Origin: an uncultured Anaerolineales bacterium
GTDB taxonomy: Bacteria; Chloroflexota; Anaerolineae; Anaerolineales; UBA6663
Length of the DNA: 64,000 nt
NCBI GenBank assembly: GCA_964497615.1
Contig: CAZCEC010000018.1
Coordinates: 1,176 to 65,175 of the forward strand
Direction: 5' to 3'
The position numbers were made by a program, and so were the translations under genes. The notes below the pieces were generated by a model that was not told the origin of the DNA, ran no database searches, and saw only the letters and a program-made list of their open reading frames with translations. Positions 55,035 through 63,468 of this stretch are shown in pieces; the stretch's first letter is position 1, and the number at the start of each line of letters is the position of its first letter.

Positions 55035-55862
55035 TTAGTTAGCCGAGGCCGCGCGCAAGCGCTCCAGCACGGGGCGGGCGGCGGGCAGAGCGCGCTCGGC
55101 AGGGTCAAGGTGCGGGTGCCAGGCGCGCTCCCATTCCAGGCTCAACGCGCCGGTGAAGGGCTGAGGGCCGGCGCGCAGCAGCCTCATCGCCGCCGCCAGG
55201 GGCACCTGCCCCTCGCCTAGCGCCGTCAGTCGCCAGGTCTCGCCCTGGCCGGTGCCGTCCTTGAGTTGGACATAGGCCAGGCGCGGCCCCAGGCGGGGCC
55301 AGGTTTCGGCGGGCAACTCGCCGGCCGAGTAGGCGTTGCCCACGTCCCAGATGACGCGCACCGCCGGGTGCGGCAGGGCCGCCAGGATAGGGGCCACCGT
55401 CTCGGAGCGGACGAAGTCGTCGTGCGGCTCGACGGCCAGGATGACGTCCAGCGCGGCGGCATATTCGGCGGCGGCGTGCAGGCTCTCCAGGATGCCGGGC
55501 TGGGCGTCGAGGGCCGAGCGGCCGGAGGGCAGTTCGCCCAGGAACACGCGCACGTAGCGGGCACCCAAGTCAGCGGCCAGGTCCACGGTGCGGCGGGCGT
55601 TCACCACATTCGCCTCGCGCTCGGCTGCGTCGGGGGAGGTGAAGGCGGTGTAGGCGGTGACGGCCAGGGAAAAGAGGCCGGCCTGGGCCACCTGGCGGCG
55701 CAGGGCGCGGCAATCGGCCACCGACATGCTAAGCGGCACGTGGCCTTCGGGTCCGCCGCGCCACTCGAGGCCGGCGTAGCCATAGGCGGCGGCCCGCTCG
55801 ACGACGGCGGCGGCAGGCCACTCCGGGCAGGCCAGGGTGCTGAAGGTGAGGGGGTTCAGCAT
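55035..55862 (-). CDS. Sugar phosphate isomerase/epimerase (xylose isomerase-like TIM barrel)
   Basis: 275 aa, with an AYGYAGLEWRGG and LAVEPH pattern. Confidence 0.75.
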   Translation of the reverse strand: MLNPLTFSTLACPEWPAAAVVERAAAYGYAGLEWRGGPEGHVPLSMSVADCRALRRQVAQAGLFSLAVTAYTAFTSPDAAEREANVVNARRTVDLAADLGARYVRVFLGELPSGRSALDAQPGILESLHAAAEYAAALDVILAVEPHDDFVRSETVAPILAALPHPAVRVIWDVGNAYSAGELPAETWPRLGPRLAYVQLKDGTGQGETWRLTALGEGQVPLAAAMRLLRAGPQPFTGALSLEWERAWHPHLDPAERALPAARPVLERLRAASAN

Positions 55863-55866
55863 CGGA

Positions 55867-57036
55867 TTACGGCGCGTCCCAACTCACCCGGTAGACGTTG
55901 CTTTGCCCGCCGTGATTGGCGGTGAAGATCACCTGCCGGCCATCGGGCGAAAACGAGGGGTGGGGATGGGCGCGCTGATCCTCTTCCGGCTCGTAGCTAT
56001 CGTGCCGGCACAGCACCTCAAACACCTGCCGCCCCTCGCACAGGTGGATGCGGGAGAGGCAGCCTGGATTCGCCTCGCCGTCGCTTACCATGTCCTGGCC
56101 GCCGGGGTGCAGGTTGTAGTGGGCATAGCCGCGGCCGGGCGTGCGGTGCACGAAGCGCTCCATCCGCCCATCGGCCAGGCTATACCAGCCGCAGAAGGCG
56201 CGGTCCGGCTCATCATTCCAGCCGCCGTGAAAGCAGATGCGGCCGCCATCGGTGCTCCAGAACTCGTGCTGATACCACTCATCCGGGGCCTGGCCGGGGA
56301 CGACGGCGCACTCGCCCGTCAGCGTGTTCAGCAGCCACATCCGGTCCGGGTCGTTGGTGAACTCGTGGCAGAAGAGGATGAGGTGCGGCTGGGTGGGGTG
56401 GAGGAGCACATGGTTGATCCAGAAGCCATCGCGGCGCAGCACTTCCTCTGCCGCACCGGTCTCAGTTGAGACGAGAACGATGGTGCTGGCGCCGGCCTGC
56501 AAGAAGTCTTGATTGGCAAAGCGCTCACCCGCGAACGCGCGCCGGGCGTAGCCGTCGAAGAGGGTCTCATCCCAGGTGGCGAACACCAGGGTGCGCCCAG
56601 CCGCATCGGCATGCAGGATGGAGGGCCGCCGGTCGGGCGGCAGGGTGAGCACCAGGCGGCGCTGGAAGGTTTCCAGGTGAACGCCGTACAGGGCATGGCC
56701 CTCGAAGTAGTAGACGCTCTGGCCAGCATCGCCCACAGCGGCGAGGCACGCGCCCGCGCCGAGGATGGGGGGCGTGAACGGCCAGTAGTCGGCCCGCGCC
56801 GGAGCGGCGTCAGTCAGTTGGACGATGGCGCCGCTGGCGAGGTCCAGGCGGAACAGGTTGTTCAGCCCGGTCCGGTCGGAATAAAAGATCAGGCTGCGCC
56901 CGTCCGGGGTGACGGAGGGGTTGTAGAAGTACAGGTGATAGTTGCTGCCCACAGAGGTGAGCTGCTGCACCGGGCGGCCGGTCTGGGCGTCCACCTGCCA
57001 TTGCCACTCCGGGGCGAATCTGTCGCCAACAGGCAT
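55867..57036 (-). CDS. Oligogalacturonate lyase (PL22)-like beta-propeller protein
   Basis: QQLTSVGSNYHLYFYNPSVTPDGRSLIFYSDRTGLNNLFRLDLASGAIVQLTD resembles the Ogl-family N-terminus. I prefer ATG 57036, 10 nt after the upstream stop; an alternative start is at 57069. Confidence 0.6.
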   Translation of the reverse strand: MPVGDRFAPEWQWQVDAQTGRPVQQLTSVGSNYHLYFYNPSVTPDGRSLIFYSDRTGLNNLFRLDLASGAIVQLTDAAPARADYWPFTPPILGAGACLAAVGDAGQSVYYFEGHALYGVHLETFQRRLVLTLPPDRRPSILHADAAGRTLVFATWDETLFDGYARRAFAGERFANQDFLQAGASTIVLVSTETGAAEEVLRRDGFWINHVLLHPTQPHLILFCHEFTNDPDRMWLLNTLTGECAVVPGQAPDEWYQHEFWSTDGGRICFHGGWNDEPDRAFCGWYSLADGRMERFVHRTPGRGYAHYNLHPGGQDMVSDGEANPGCLSRIHLCEGRQVFEVLCRHDSYEPEEDQRAHPHPSFSPDGRQVIFTANHGGQSNVYRVSWDAP

Positions 57037-57046
57037 GCCGGCCCCC

Positions 57047-57829
57047 CTAAGCTGCGAACGCCTCATCAATGCAGCGGCCTTCCCAATGATCGTCCGGGGT
57101 CAGGCCCAGCAGCCGCGCCAGGGTGGGGGCGGTGTCCAGCAGGCTGACCGGGCCGGTGAGGGCGTGGCCGGGGCGAATGCGGGGGCCAGCCAGCATCCAG
57201 GGGATGGTCATATCCTCGGAGGCCTCGGTGCCGTGGCTGCGGTCGTGCCCGCCGTGATCGGCCTGGATGAGGATGTGGTCTTCATCCGGGCGCAGGGCGG
57301 CCAGCAGGCTGCCCACCAAACCATCCACCCGCTTCACCTGAGCCAGATACTCGGCGCTCATCCAGCCGTGGTTGTGGCCCTGCTCGTCGGTGGTGCCGTG
57401 ATAGACGAAGGCGAAATCGGGCCGGTGGGCGGGGAGCCAGCGGATGGCCTCGGCGGAGATCAGGTCGTCGCCGTCGAGCTGCTGCACGTTGTCGTGGAAG
57501 TGGCTGAAGAAGAGGGTGCCGGGCTGGTTGAGGTTGCGCAGCGGTTCCCAGTTGATGAAGAAGGCGCAGCGCTGGCCGCCGGCCTGGGCCAGGTCCACCA
57601 GACCGGGCACGGGGCGGGCCATGGGGCTCCAGGTGTTGGTGGTGACGCCGTGGCGGGTGGGCGGCACAGAGTGAAAGATGGACATGTGGCAAGGCAGGGT
57701 GATGCAGGGCATGACGCTGCGGGCCTGGCGGGTGCTGGCGCCGCGGGCCATGAGTTGGGTGAGGTGGGGGGCGCCGGCGGGAGTGATGGCCTCCGGCCGC
57801 AGCCCGTCAATCATCAGCAGCACGATCAT
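57047..57829 (-). CDS. Alkaline-phosphatase-superfamily protein (type I phosphodiesterase/nucleotide pyrophosphatase-like)
   Basis: 260 aa. MIDGLRPE, ITLPCHMSIF..HGV and DHGGHD metal-ligand patterns. Confidence 0.7.
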   Translation of the reverse strand: MIVLLMIDGLRPEAITPAGAPHLTQLMARGASTRQARSVMPCITLPCHMSIFHSVPPTRHGVTTNTWSPMARPVPGLVDLAQAGGQRCAFFINWEPLRNLNQPGTLFFSHFHDNVQQLDGDDLISAEAIRWLPAHRPDFAFVYHGTTDEQGHNHGWMSAEYLAQVKRVDGLVGSLLAALRPDEDHILIQADHGGHDRSHGTEASEDMTIPWMLAGPRIRPGHALTGPVSLLDTAPTLARLLGLTPDDHWEGRCIDEAFAA

Positions 57830-57956
57830 GTCGGCCTCGATCTCGGTGAGTGGTGTGGGTGTGGGCCTGCCCGCGGCAGGCCTTAACAGGCTGTGATGCC
57901 GGGTTGAGCGCGCCTTAACCCGGGCGGACTAATCTAGGTTCCTGTGCCGGCGCAAC

Positions 57957-58748
57957 TTAGGCCGGGGGCGTAGGTTCATCCGCGAGCGCGGTGCTTTCGA
58001 GCCGCACGGGGCCGCGGCGCAGGAGCATGAAGTCGAAGGCGTCTGGCAGATGATATTCGCGCGAATACAGAATGGCCTCGTCGGCGGACGAGAAATCAGT
58101 TTGCAGAATATAGAGCAGGGGCGAACCGGCCGGCACTTGCAGCCTGGCCGAGATGTCTTTGGGCGCCAGCACGGGCAGGATGCGGGCCACGCCGTAGGCC
58201 ACCGTCAGGCGGAGCTGCTTGGCCATGGCCGCATACAGGGAGGGCTCTTGCTCGGCCTGACGGCGCAACTCGTCCACATCGGCGATTAGCTTGTGGGGCA
58301 GGGCATCCAGCGAGTAGACGACCGGGCGGCCATCGGCGGTGCGCACCCGTTCGATGGTGACGACAGAGGCGCCCGGCTCGAGGTTGAGGGCTTCGGCGGT
58401 AAGGTCGTCGGCGGCGGTGACGTCCACCGCCGTCAGGGCGGTGCCGGGAGTCATGCCGGCGGAAATGATCATATCGGTGGCGCCGAAGTTGAGGCTGAGG
58501 TTGTTCAGAATGGCATTTTTGCGTACAAAGGTGCCCGACCCTTGCCGGCGGGTGATGAGGCCGTCTTCTTCCAGGATGCGCAGGGCGTCGCGGACCACGG
58601 TGCGCGAGACGCCGAGGATAGAGACCAACTCCATTTCGCCCGGCAACTGGCTGCCAGGGGCAAAGCGGCCCGCCAGAATCGCCTTGCGAATCTCGTTTTG
58701 GGCGGCTTCTGTAAGGGTTTTGGCGTTGGACCGCGCCGAGCGGATCAT
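57957..58748 (-). CDS. GntR-family transcriptional regulator, HutC subfamily (UTRA effector domain)
   Basis: LPGEMELVSILGVSRTVVRDALRILEEDGLITRRQGSGTFV. Confidence 0.85.
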   Translation of the reverse strand: MIRSARSNAKTLTEAAQNEIRKAILAGRFAPGSQLPGEMELVSILGVSRTVVRDALRILEEDGLITRRQGSGTFVRKNAILNNLSLNFGATDMIISAGMTPGTALTAVDVTAADDLTAEALNLEPGASVVTIERVRTADGRPVVYSLDALPHKLIADVDELRRQAEQEPSLYAAMAKQLRLTVAYGVARILPVLAPKDISARLQVPAGSPLLYILQTDFSSADEAILYSREYHLPDAFDFMLLRRGPVRLESTALADEPTPPA

Positions 58749-58761
58749 GATGGCCTTGTGC

Positions 58762-58809
58762 TTGACAAGTATTTCGATTTAATGCTATGTTGTCATACGT
58801 TATAACAAC
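58762..58809 (+). promoter_or_regulatory. Promoter of the ABC operon with overlapping GntR-type operator
   Basis: TTGACA (58762..58767), an 18-nt spacer, and TGcTATGTT (58783..58791). The palindrome GTTGTcATAcgtTATaACAAC (58789..58809, 8 of 10 positions symmetric) overlaps the -10 and the predicted TSS. Confidence 0.55.
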
Positions 58810-58936
58810 TTTTGGCAGTCTAGCAAATTACAGGTCCTAAGTCAACAGTCAAAGGAGGACGTGCACTCACCAGCCATCAAACCCCACCCATTTCCACGCT
58901 GTACAAGCTAGTCCCGCTTACCAAGGAGGAGGCTCG

Positions 58937-61129
58937 ATGATGCCCAAGCGACGGATTTACTCGATACTAGCCTTGCTGATGATTACGTCGGTGCTGTTGG
59001 TGAGCTGCCGTGCCAATACGCCGACCCCCACCCAGGCCCCCGCGGCCACGCAAGTTGACGTCCCCACTCAGTCCCCAGCCGACACCCAGGCGCCACAACC
59101 CACCACAGCCCCAGAGGCCACCCAGGCGCCCGAAGCTACCCAGCCGCCTGCCGGTCCGGTGGCTTGCCCGGCCATCACCGTGGCCGACATGGGCGGTGTG
59201 GCCCCGGGCGCCTATCCGCAGCAGTATGAGTTGGATGAGTTCGAGACGCTGGCCAACTGCGAGTTGACCCTGACCGGCCGCGACGAGTATGACGCCCGGC
59301 TGGTTGAATTTGGCTTCCTGCCGGAGGGCGACCTGCCGCCGCTGGAAGAGCGCCTGCCCGCAGAGCCGATGGTGGTGGTGCCGTACGACGAGATCGGCAG
59401 CTACGGCGGCCGCTTTGTGGGCGTTTCGATCGGCCCGGAAGCCGGCAACTCGGAATTCCTGAGCGTGCGGCATGTGAACCTGCTGCGCTTTGCCGACGAC
59501 CTGGTGACGATTGTGCCCAACATGGCGAAGTCGTACGAGTACAACGATGACTTTACCCAGTTGACGATCGTCCTGCGCCAGGGCCACAAGTGGTCGGACG
59601 GCGCGCCCTTCACCACCGAGGACATCGACTTCTGGTGGAACGACATCATGCTGAACACCGACCTGTACCAGAACGTGCCGAGCTTCTGGGTGTACGGCGG
59701 CGAGCCGATGCAGGTGGAGGTGGTGGATGAGGTGACGGTCAACTTCAACTTTGCGGCGCCCGCGCCGGCGTTCGCGACCCTGATCGCCACGACCTACACG
59801 CACCTGTGGGCGCCCAAGCACTACCTGATGGACAAGCACATCACCTACAACCCCGATGCCGACGCCGAGGCGCAGGCGGAGGGCTTTGAAGGCTGGGCGC
59901 AGCGCTTCGTGCCCCTGTACTTCAGCGACTGGGAAGACGCCAACCACATCTACGGCCTGCCGAAGCTGGAGGCGTGGATCAAGGTGGACGAGACGCCCGA
60001 GCACCAACTGTTCGCGCCCAACCCCTACTACTACAAGGTGGACACGGCCGGCCAGCAACTGCCGTACTTCGACGAGATCGAAGAAGTGTACGTGTCGGAC
60101 GCCGAACTGATCGAGCTGAAGGTCATCAACGGCGAAGTGGACCTGAAGGCCCAGTCGCTGGATATCGCCAGCCTGCCGCTGTTCCAGCAGAGCCAGGACC
60201 AGGGCAACTACGACATCCAGATGGCGCAGGGCGCCAGCAACGGCCCGATCTACGCCTTCAACTGCACCCACCAGGACCCGGCCCTGGCCGAAATCTTCTC
60301 GAACCCTGAGTTCAGCCGCGCGATGTCGCTGGCGCTGAACCGGGACGAGATGAACCAGGCGCTGTGCTTCGGCCTGTGCGAAGCAACGTCGGCTGTGCCG
60401 GTGCACCGGACGGTGTCGTTCGCTAAGCCGGAGTGGTTCACCCGCGACATCGAGTACGACCCGGATCAGGCGAATGCCATCCTGGACGGGCTGGGGCTGG
60501 TCCGCGGGGCCGACGGCTTCCGGACCCGGCCAGACGGTGAGCCGATCATCATCAACTTGCAGTATGCCATCCAGTTTGGGCCGGCCACCCGGCATGAACT
60601 GGCCAAGGAATACTGGGAGGACGTGGGCATCCGCGTGGAAGTGCGCGAGGTGGATACCACGGCCTACCGGGCTACCACCTCGGCCAACGAGCACGACATC
60701 GCAGTGACCTACACCGGCCTGGTGCTGGAAGCGCCGCTGTACTCGAATCCCTTGGGGTTTGTCCCACCGTTCGGCGACGCGGCGCTGGAGAACATCTGCG
60801 GCAACCCGTGGGTGGAATGGCACGAGACCGGCGGCGCCTCGGGCATCGAGCCGCCGGACGACATCAAGCAGTTGTGGGACCTGACCGACCAGTGGAAGTC
60901 GAGCCTGCCGGGCACGGATGAGTACCTGAGCCTGGGCCAGCAGATCGTCGAAATCCACCTGGCGCACAACATCATGATTGGGACCGTCACGACGACCCCG
61001 GCGGTCACGATCGTGTCGCGCGAGCTGGGCAATGTGCCGCAGTACAGCATCAACGCCTTCGAGTACTACCGGACCTATCCGTACCGGACGGACCAGTGGT
61101 ACTTCCAGGAGGGGGCGGCGAACAACTAA
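58937..61129 (+). CDS. ABC transporter substrate-binding lipoprotein, family 5 (peptide/oligosaccharide type)
   Basis: 730 aa. Lipobox LLVSC, a Pro/Thr/Gln-rich linker, and AAGGAGGAGG RBS. Confidence 0.85.
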   Translation: MMPKRRIYSILALLMITSVLLVSCRANTPTPTQAPAATQVDVPTQSPADTQAPQPTTAPEATQAPEATQPPAGPVACPAITVADMGGVAPGAYPQQYELDEFETLANCELTLTGRDEYDARLVEFGFLPEGDLPPLEERLPAEPMVVVPYDEIGSYGGRFVGVSIGPEAGNSEFLSVRHVNLLRFADDLVTIVPNMAKSYEYNDDFTQLTIVLRQGHKWSDGAPFTTEDIDFWWNDIMLNTDLYQNVPSFWVYGGEPMQVEVVDEVTVNFNFAAPAPAFATLIATTYTHLWAPKHYLMDKHITYNPDADAEAQAEGFEGWAQRFVPLYFSDWEDANHIYGLPKLEAWIKVDETPEHQLFAPNPYYYKVDTAGQQLPYFDEIEEVYVSDAELIELKVINGEVDLKAQSLDIASLPLFQQSQDQGNYDIQMAQGASNGPIYAFNCTHQDPALAEIFSNPEFSRAMSLALNRDEMNQALCFGLCEATSAVPVHRTVSFAKPEWFTRDIEYDPDQANAILDGLGLVRGADGFRTRPDGEPIIINLQYAIQFGPATRHELAKEYWEDVGIRVEVREVDTTAYRATTSANEHDIAVTYTGLVLEAPLYSNPLGFVPPFGDAALENICGNPWVEWHETGGASGIEPPDDIKQLWDLTDQWKSSLPGTDEYLSLGQQIVEIHLAHNIMIGTVTTTPAVTIVSRELGNVPQYSINAFEYYRTYPYRTDQWYFQEGAANN

Positions 61130-61158
61130 GCCCGTCTCGGACTTCAGCTTTACCCTGA

Positions 61159-61197
61159 CCCTCGCCTGGCCCGCGGATGATGCGGGCCAGGCGAGGG
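61159..61197 (+). terminator. Perfect 16-bp hairpin after the SBP gene (attenuator/stabiliser type, no U-tract)
   Basis: ccctcgcctggcccgc-ggatgat-gcgggccaggcgaggg. Confidence 0.5.
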
Positions 61198-61219
61198 CTG
61201 CGCGCCCGCGCCAGGCGGC

Positions 61220-61247
61220 TTGACAGGTGTGCAACATTGACTAGGCT
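61220..61247 (+). promoter_or_regulatory. Candidate internal promoter before the permease genes
   Basis: TTGACA (61220..61225), a 16-nt spacer, and TAGGCT (61242..61247). Confidence 0.3.
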
Positions 61248-61295
61248 AGGGCCGCACAGGGCTGGCGACCAGGCACCGGAACCGGAGAGCGGCGA

Positions 61296-62291
61296 GTGGC
61301 ACGATACCTGATACAGCGGCTGATCATCATGATCGTGATGCTGGCGATGCTATCGTTCATCGTCTTCATCACGATTGAACTGCCTCCGGGTGACTACGCC
61401 GACCGGCGGGCGCTGGACCTGCGGTCGCAGGGCATCACCGTCCTCGAAGAGGACGTCATCAATCTCCGGCACCAATTGGGCCTCGACCGGCCATTCCTGC
61501 AGCGCTACTGGACCTGGATCACCAATATCGTGCTGCGCGGGAATTTTGGGCTATCGATGACCCTGCACCTGCCGGTGACGCAGGTGCTGGGCGAGCGCGT
61601 GGGCCTGACGATGATGCTGGCCCTGGCCACCATCATTTTCACCTATGGTTTGGCCATTCCCATCGGGATCTACTCAGCCATCCGACAATACTCAGTGGGG
61701 GATTATTTCTTCACGGCGCTCGGCTACCTGGGAATGGCGGTGCCGAGCTTCATGCTGGCGCTGGTGCTGCTATATACCAGCGTAGTCATGCTCGGCAGCA
61801 GCGTGGGCGGCTTGTTTTCGCCGGAGTACCGCGAGGCGCCGTGGAGCCTGGCCAAGTTTGTGGACTTGCTGGGCCATTTGTGGGTGCCGGCGATCGTGCT
61901 GGCGGTGGCCGGCACGGCGTTCGAGATCCGGACCATGCGGGCAACAATGCTGGATGAGAAGAATAAGCTGTACGTGACGGCGGCCCGCGCCAAGGGGCTG
62001 CCGGAGTGGAAGCTGCTGATGAAGTACCCCGTGCGGGTGGCCATGAACCCGATCGTCAGCACCATTGGCTGGGAGTTGACGGCCATCATCTCCGGCGCGC
62101 CGCTGGTGTCGTTTGTGCTGGCGCTGCCCGATACCGGCCCCTTGTTTCTGCGGGCGCTGCTCGACCAGGACATCTATCTGTCGGGCGCGATTCTGCTGAT
62201 GTACGCGACGCTGACGATCCTGGGCACTTTCCTATCCGACATCCTGCTGGCCGTCCTGGATCCGCGCATCCGGTATGGGGAGAAAATCTAG
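61296..62291 (+). CDS. ABC transporter permease (DppB/OppB type)
   Basis: 331 aa, GTG start with GGAGAG upstream. Starts MARYLIQRLIIMIVML and carries the TAARAKGLPE EAA-loop motif. Confidence 0.85.
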   Translation: MARYLIQRLIIMIVMLAMLSFIVFITIELPPGDYADRRALDLRSQGITVLEEDVINLRHQLGLDRPFLQRYWTWITNIVLRGNFGLSMTLHLPVTQVLGERVGLTMMLALATIIFTYGLAIPIGIYSAIRQYSVGDYFFTALGYLGMAVPSFMLALVLLYTSVVMLGSSVGGLFSPEYREAPWSLAKFVDLLGHLWVPAIVLAVAGTAFEIRTMRATMLDEKNKLYVTAARAKGLPEWKLLMKYPVRVAMNPIVSTIGWELTAIISGAPLVSFVLALPDTGPLFLRALLDQDIYLSGAILLMYATLTILGTFLSDILLAVLDPRIRYGEKI

Positions 62292-62293
62292 CC

Positions 62294-63454
62294 ATGGCGC
62301 AAGCCAGCGAGGTGGTGCAACCCGGCACACTCCCGGCCTCAGCCGCCGCGGGCAAGACGCGCGAGGCGGACCTCAAGTATTACACCGCGTCACAGTTCCA
62401 ACTGATGTGGTGGAAGTTCCGCAAGCACCGCCTGGCGCTGTTCGGGACGATTATCCTGGGACTGCTGGCCTTTGTGGCGACCTTTGCCGAGTTCCTGGCG
62501 CCCTACGACGCGGGGACGCGCACACCCAACTACCTGAACGGCCGGCCGCAGACCCTCCACTTTGTGGATGCGGAGGGGGTGTTCCACTGGCGGCCGTTCA
62601 CCTATGCGCTGGCGGTGCGCATGGACCCGGCGACCTTCCAGTTGGAGATTATCGAGGACACGGACGAGCCCTGGCCGGTGTACTTCTTTGTGCAGGGCGA
62701 CGAATACGAGGTCCTGGGGCGGTGGAAGACGGATTGGCACCTGTTCGGCGTGCAGGAGGGCCACTTGCACCTGCTGGGCACCGACGAGCTGGGGCGCGAC
62801 CTGCTGTCGCGGCTGTTCTTCGCCACGCGCACTTCGCTGACCATCGGCGTGGTGGGGCTGGTGGTGGCGTTTGTGCTGGGCCTGGCGATCGGCGGCATCT
62901 CGGGCTATTTCGGCGGCTTGGTGGACGACGTGATCCAACGGTTGATTGAGTTTATCCGCTCGGTGCCCACCCTGCCGCTGTGGATGGCGCTGGCCGCGGC
63001 GGTGCCGAAGGAGTGGACGGCGGAGCAGGTGTACTTCGCCATCACCATCCTGCTGGGGATGCTGGGCTGGACCCACCTGGCGCGGCGGGTGCGCGGCAAG
63101 CTGCTGGCGCTGCGGGAGGAGGATTTTATCATCGCGGCGCGGGTGGCCGGCAGCAGCAACGCGCGCATCATCACGCGCCACATGCTGCCGTCGTTCCTGA
63201 GCTACATCATCGTGGACCTGTCGATTTCGTTCCCGTATATGATCCTGGCCGAGACGTCGCTGTCGTTTATCGGGCTGGGGCTGCGCGCGCCGGTGGTGTC
63301 GTGGGGGGTGTTGCTGCAGAACGCGCAGAATGTGCAGGCGATTGCGCTGTACCCGTGGCTGTTCTCGCCGGTGGCGTTTGTCATCCTGGCGGTGATGGCG
63401 TTCAGTTTCGTCGGCGACGGCATGCGCGACGCCGCCGATCCCTACTCGCGCTGA
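62294..63454 (+). CDS. ABC transporter permease (DppC/OppC type)
   Basis: I prefer ATG 62294 (MAQASEVV...), 3 nt after the upstream stop. Contains LGTDELGRDLLSRL and AARVAGSSNARII motifs. Confidence 0.85.
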   Translation: MAQASEVVQPGTLPASAAAGKTREADLKYYTASQFQLMWWKFRKHRLALFGTIILGLLAFVATFAEFLAPYDAGTRTPNYLNGRPQTLHFVDAEGVFHWRPFTYALAVRMDPATFQLEIIEDTDEPWPVYFFVQGDEYEVLGRWKTDWHLFGVQEGHLHLLGTDELGRDLLSRLFFATRTSLTIGVVGLVVAFVLGLAIGGISGYFGGLVDDVIQRLIEFIRSVPTLPLWMALAAAVPKEWTAEQVYFAITILLGMLGWTHLARRVRGKLLALREEDFIIAARVAGSSNARIITRHMLPSFLSYIIVDLSISFPYMILAETSLSFIGLGLRAPVVSWGVLLQNAQNVQAIALYPWLFSPVAFVILAVMAFSFVGDGMRDAADPYSR

Positions 63455-63468
63455 CAGGCGGCCGCTCC

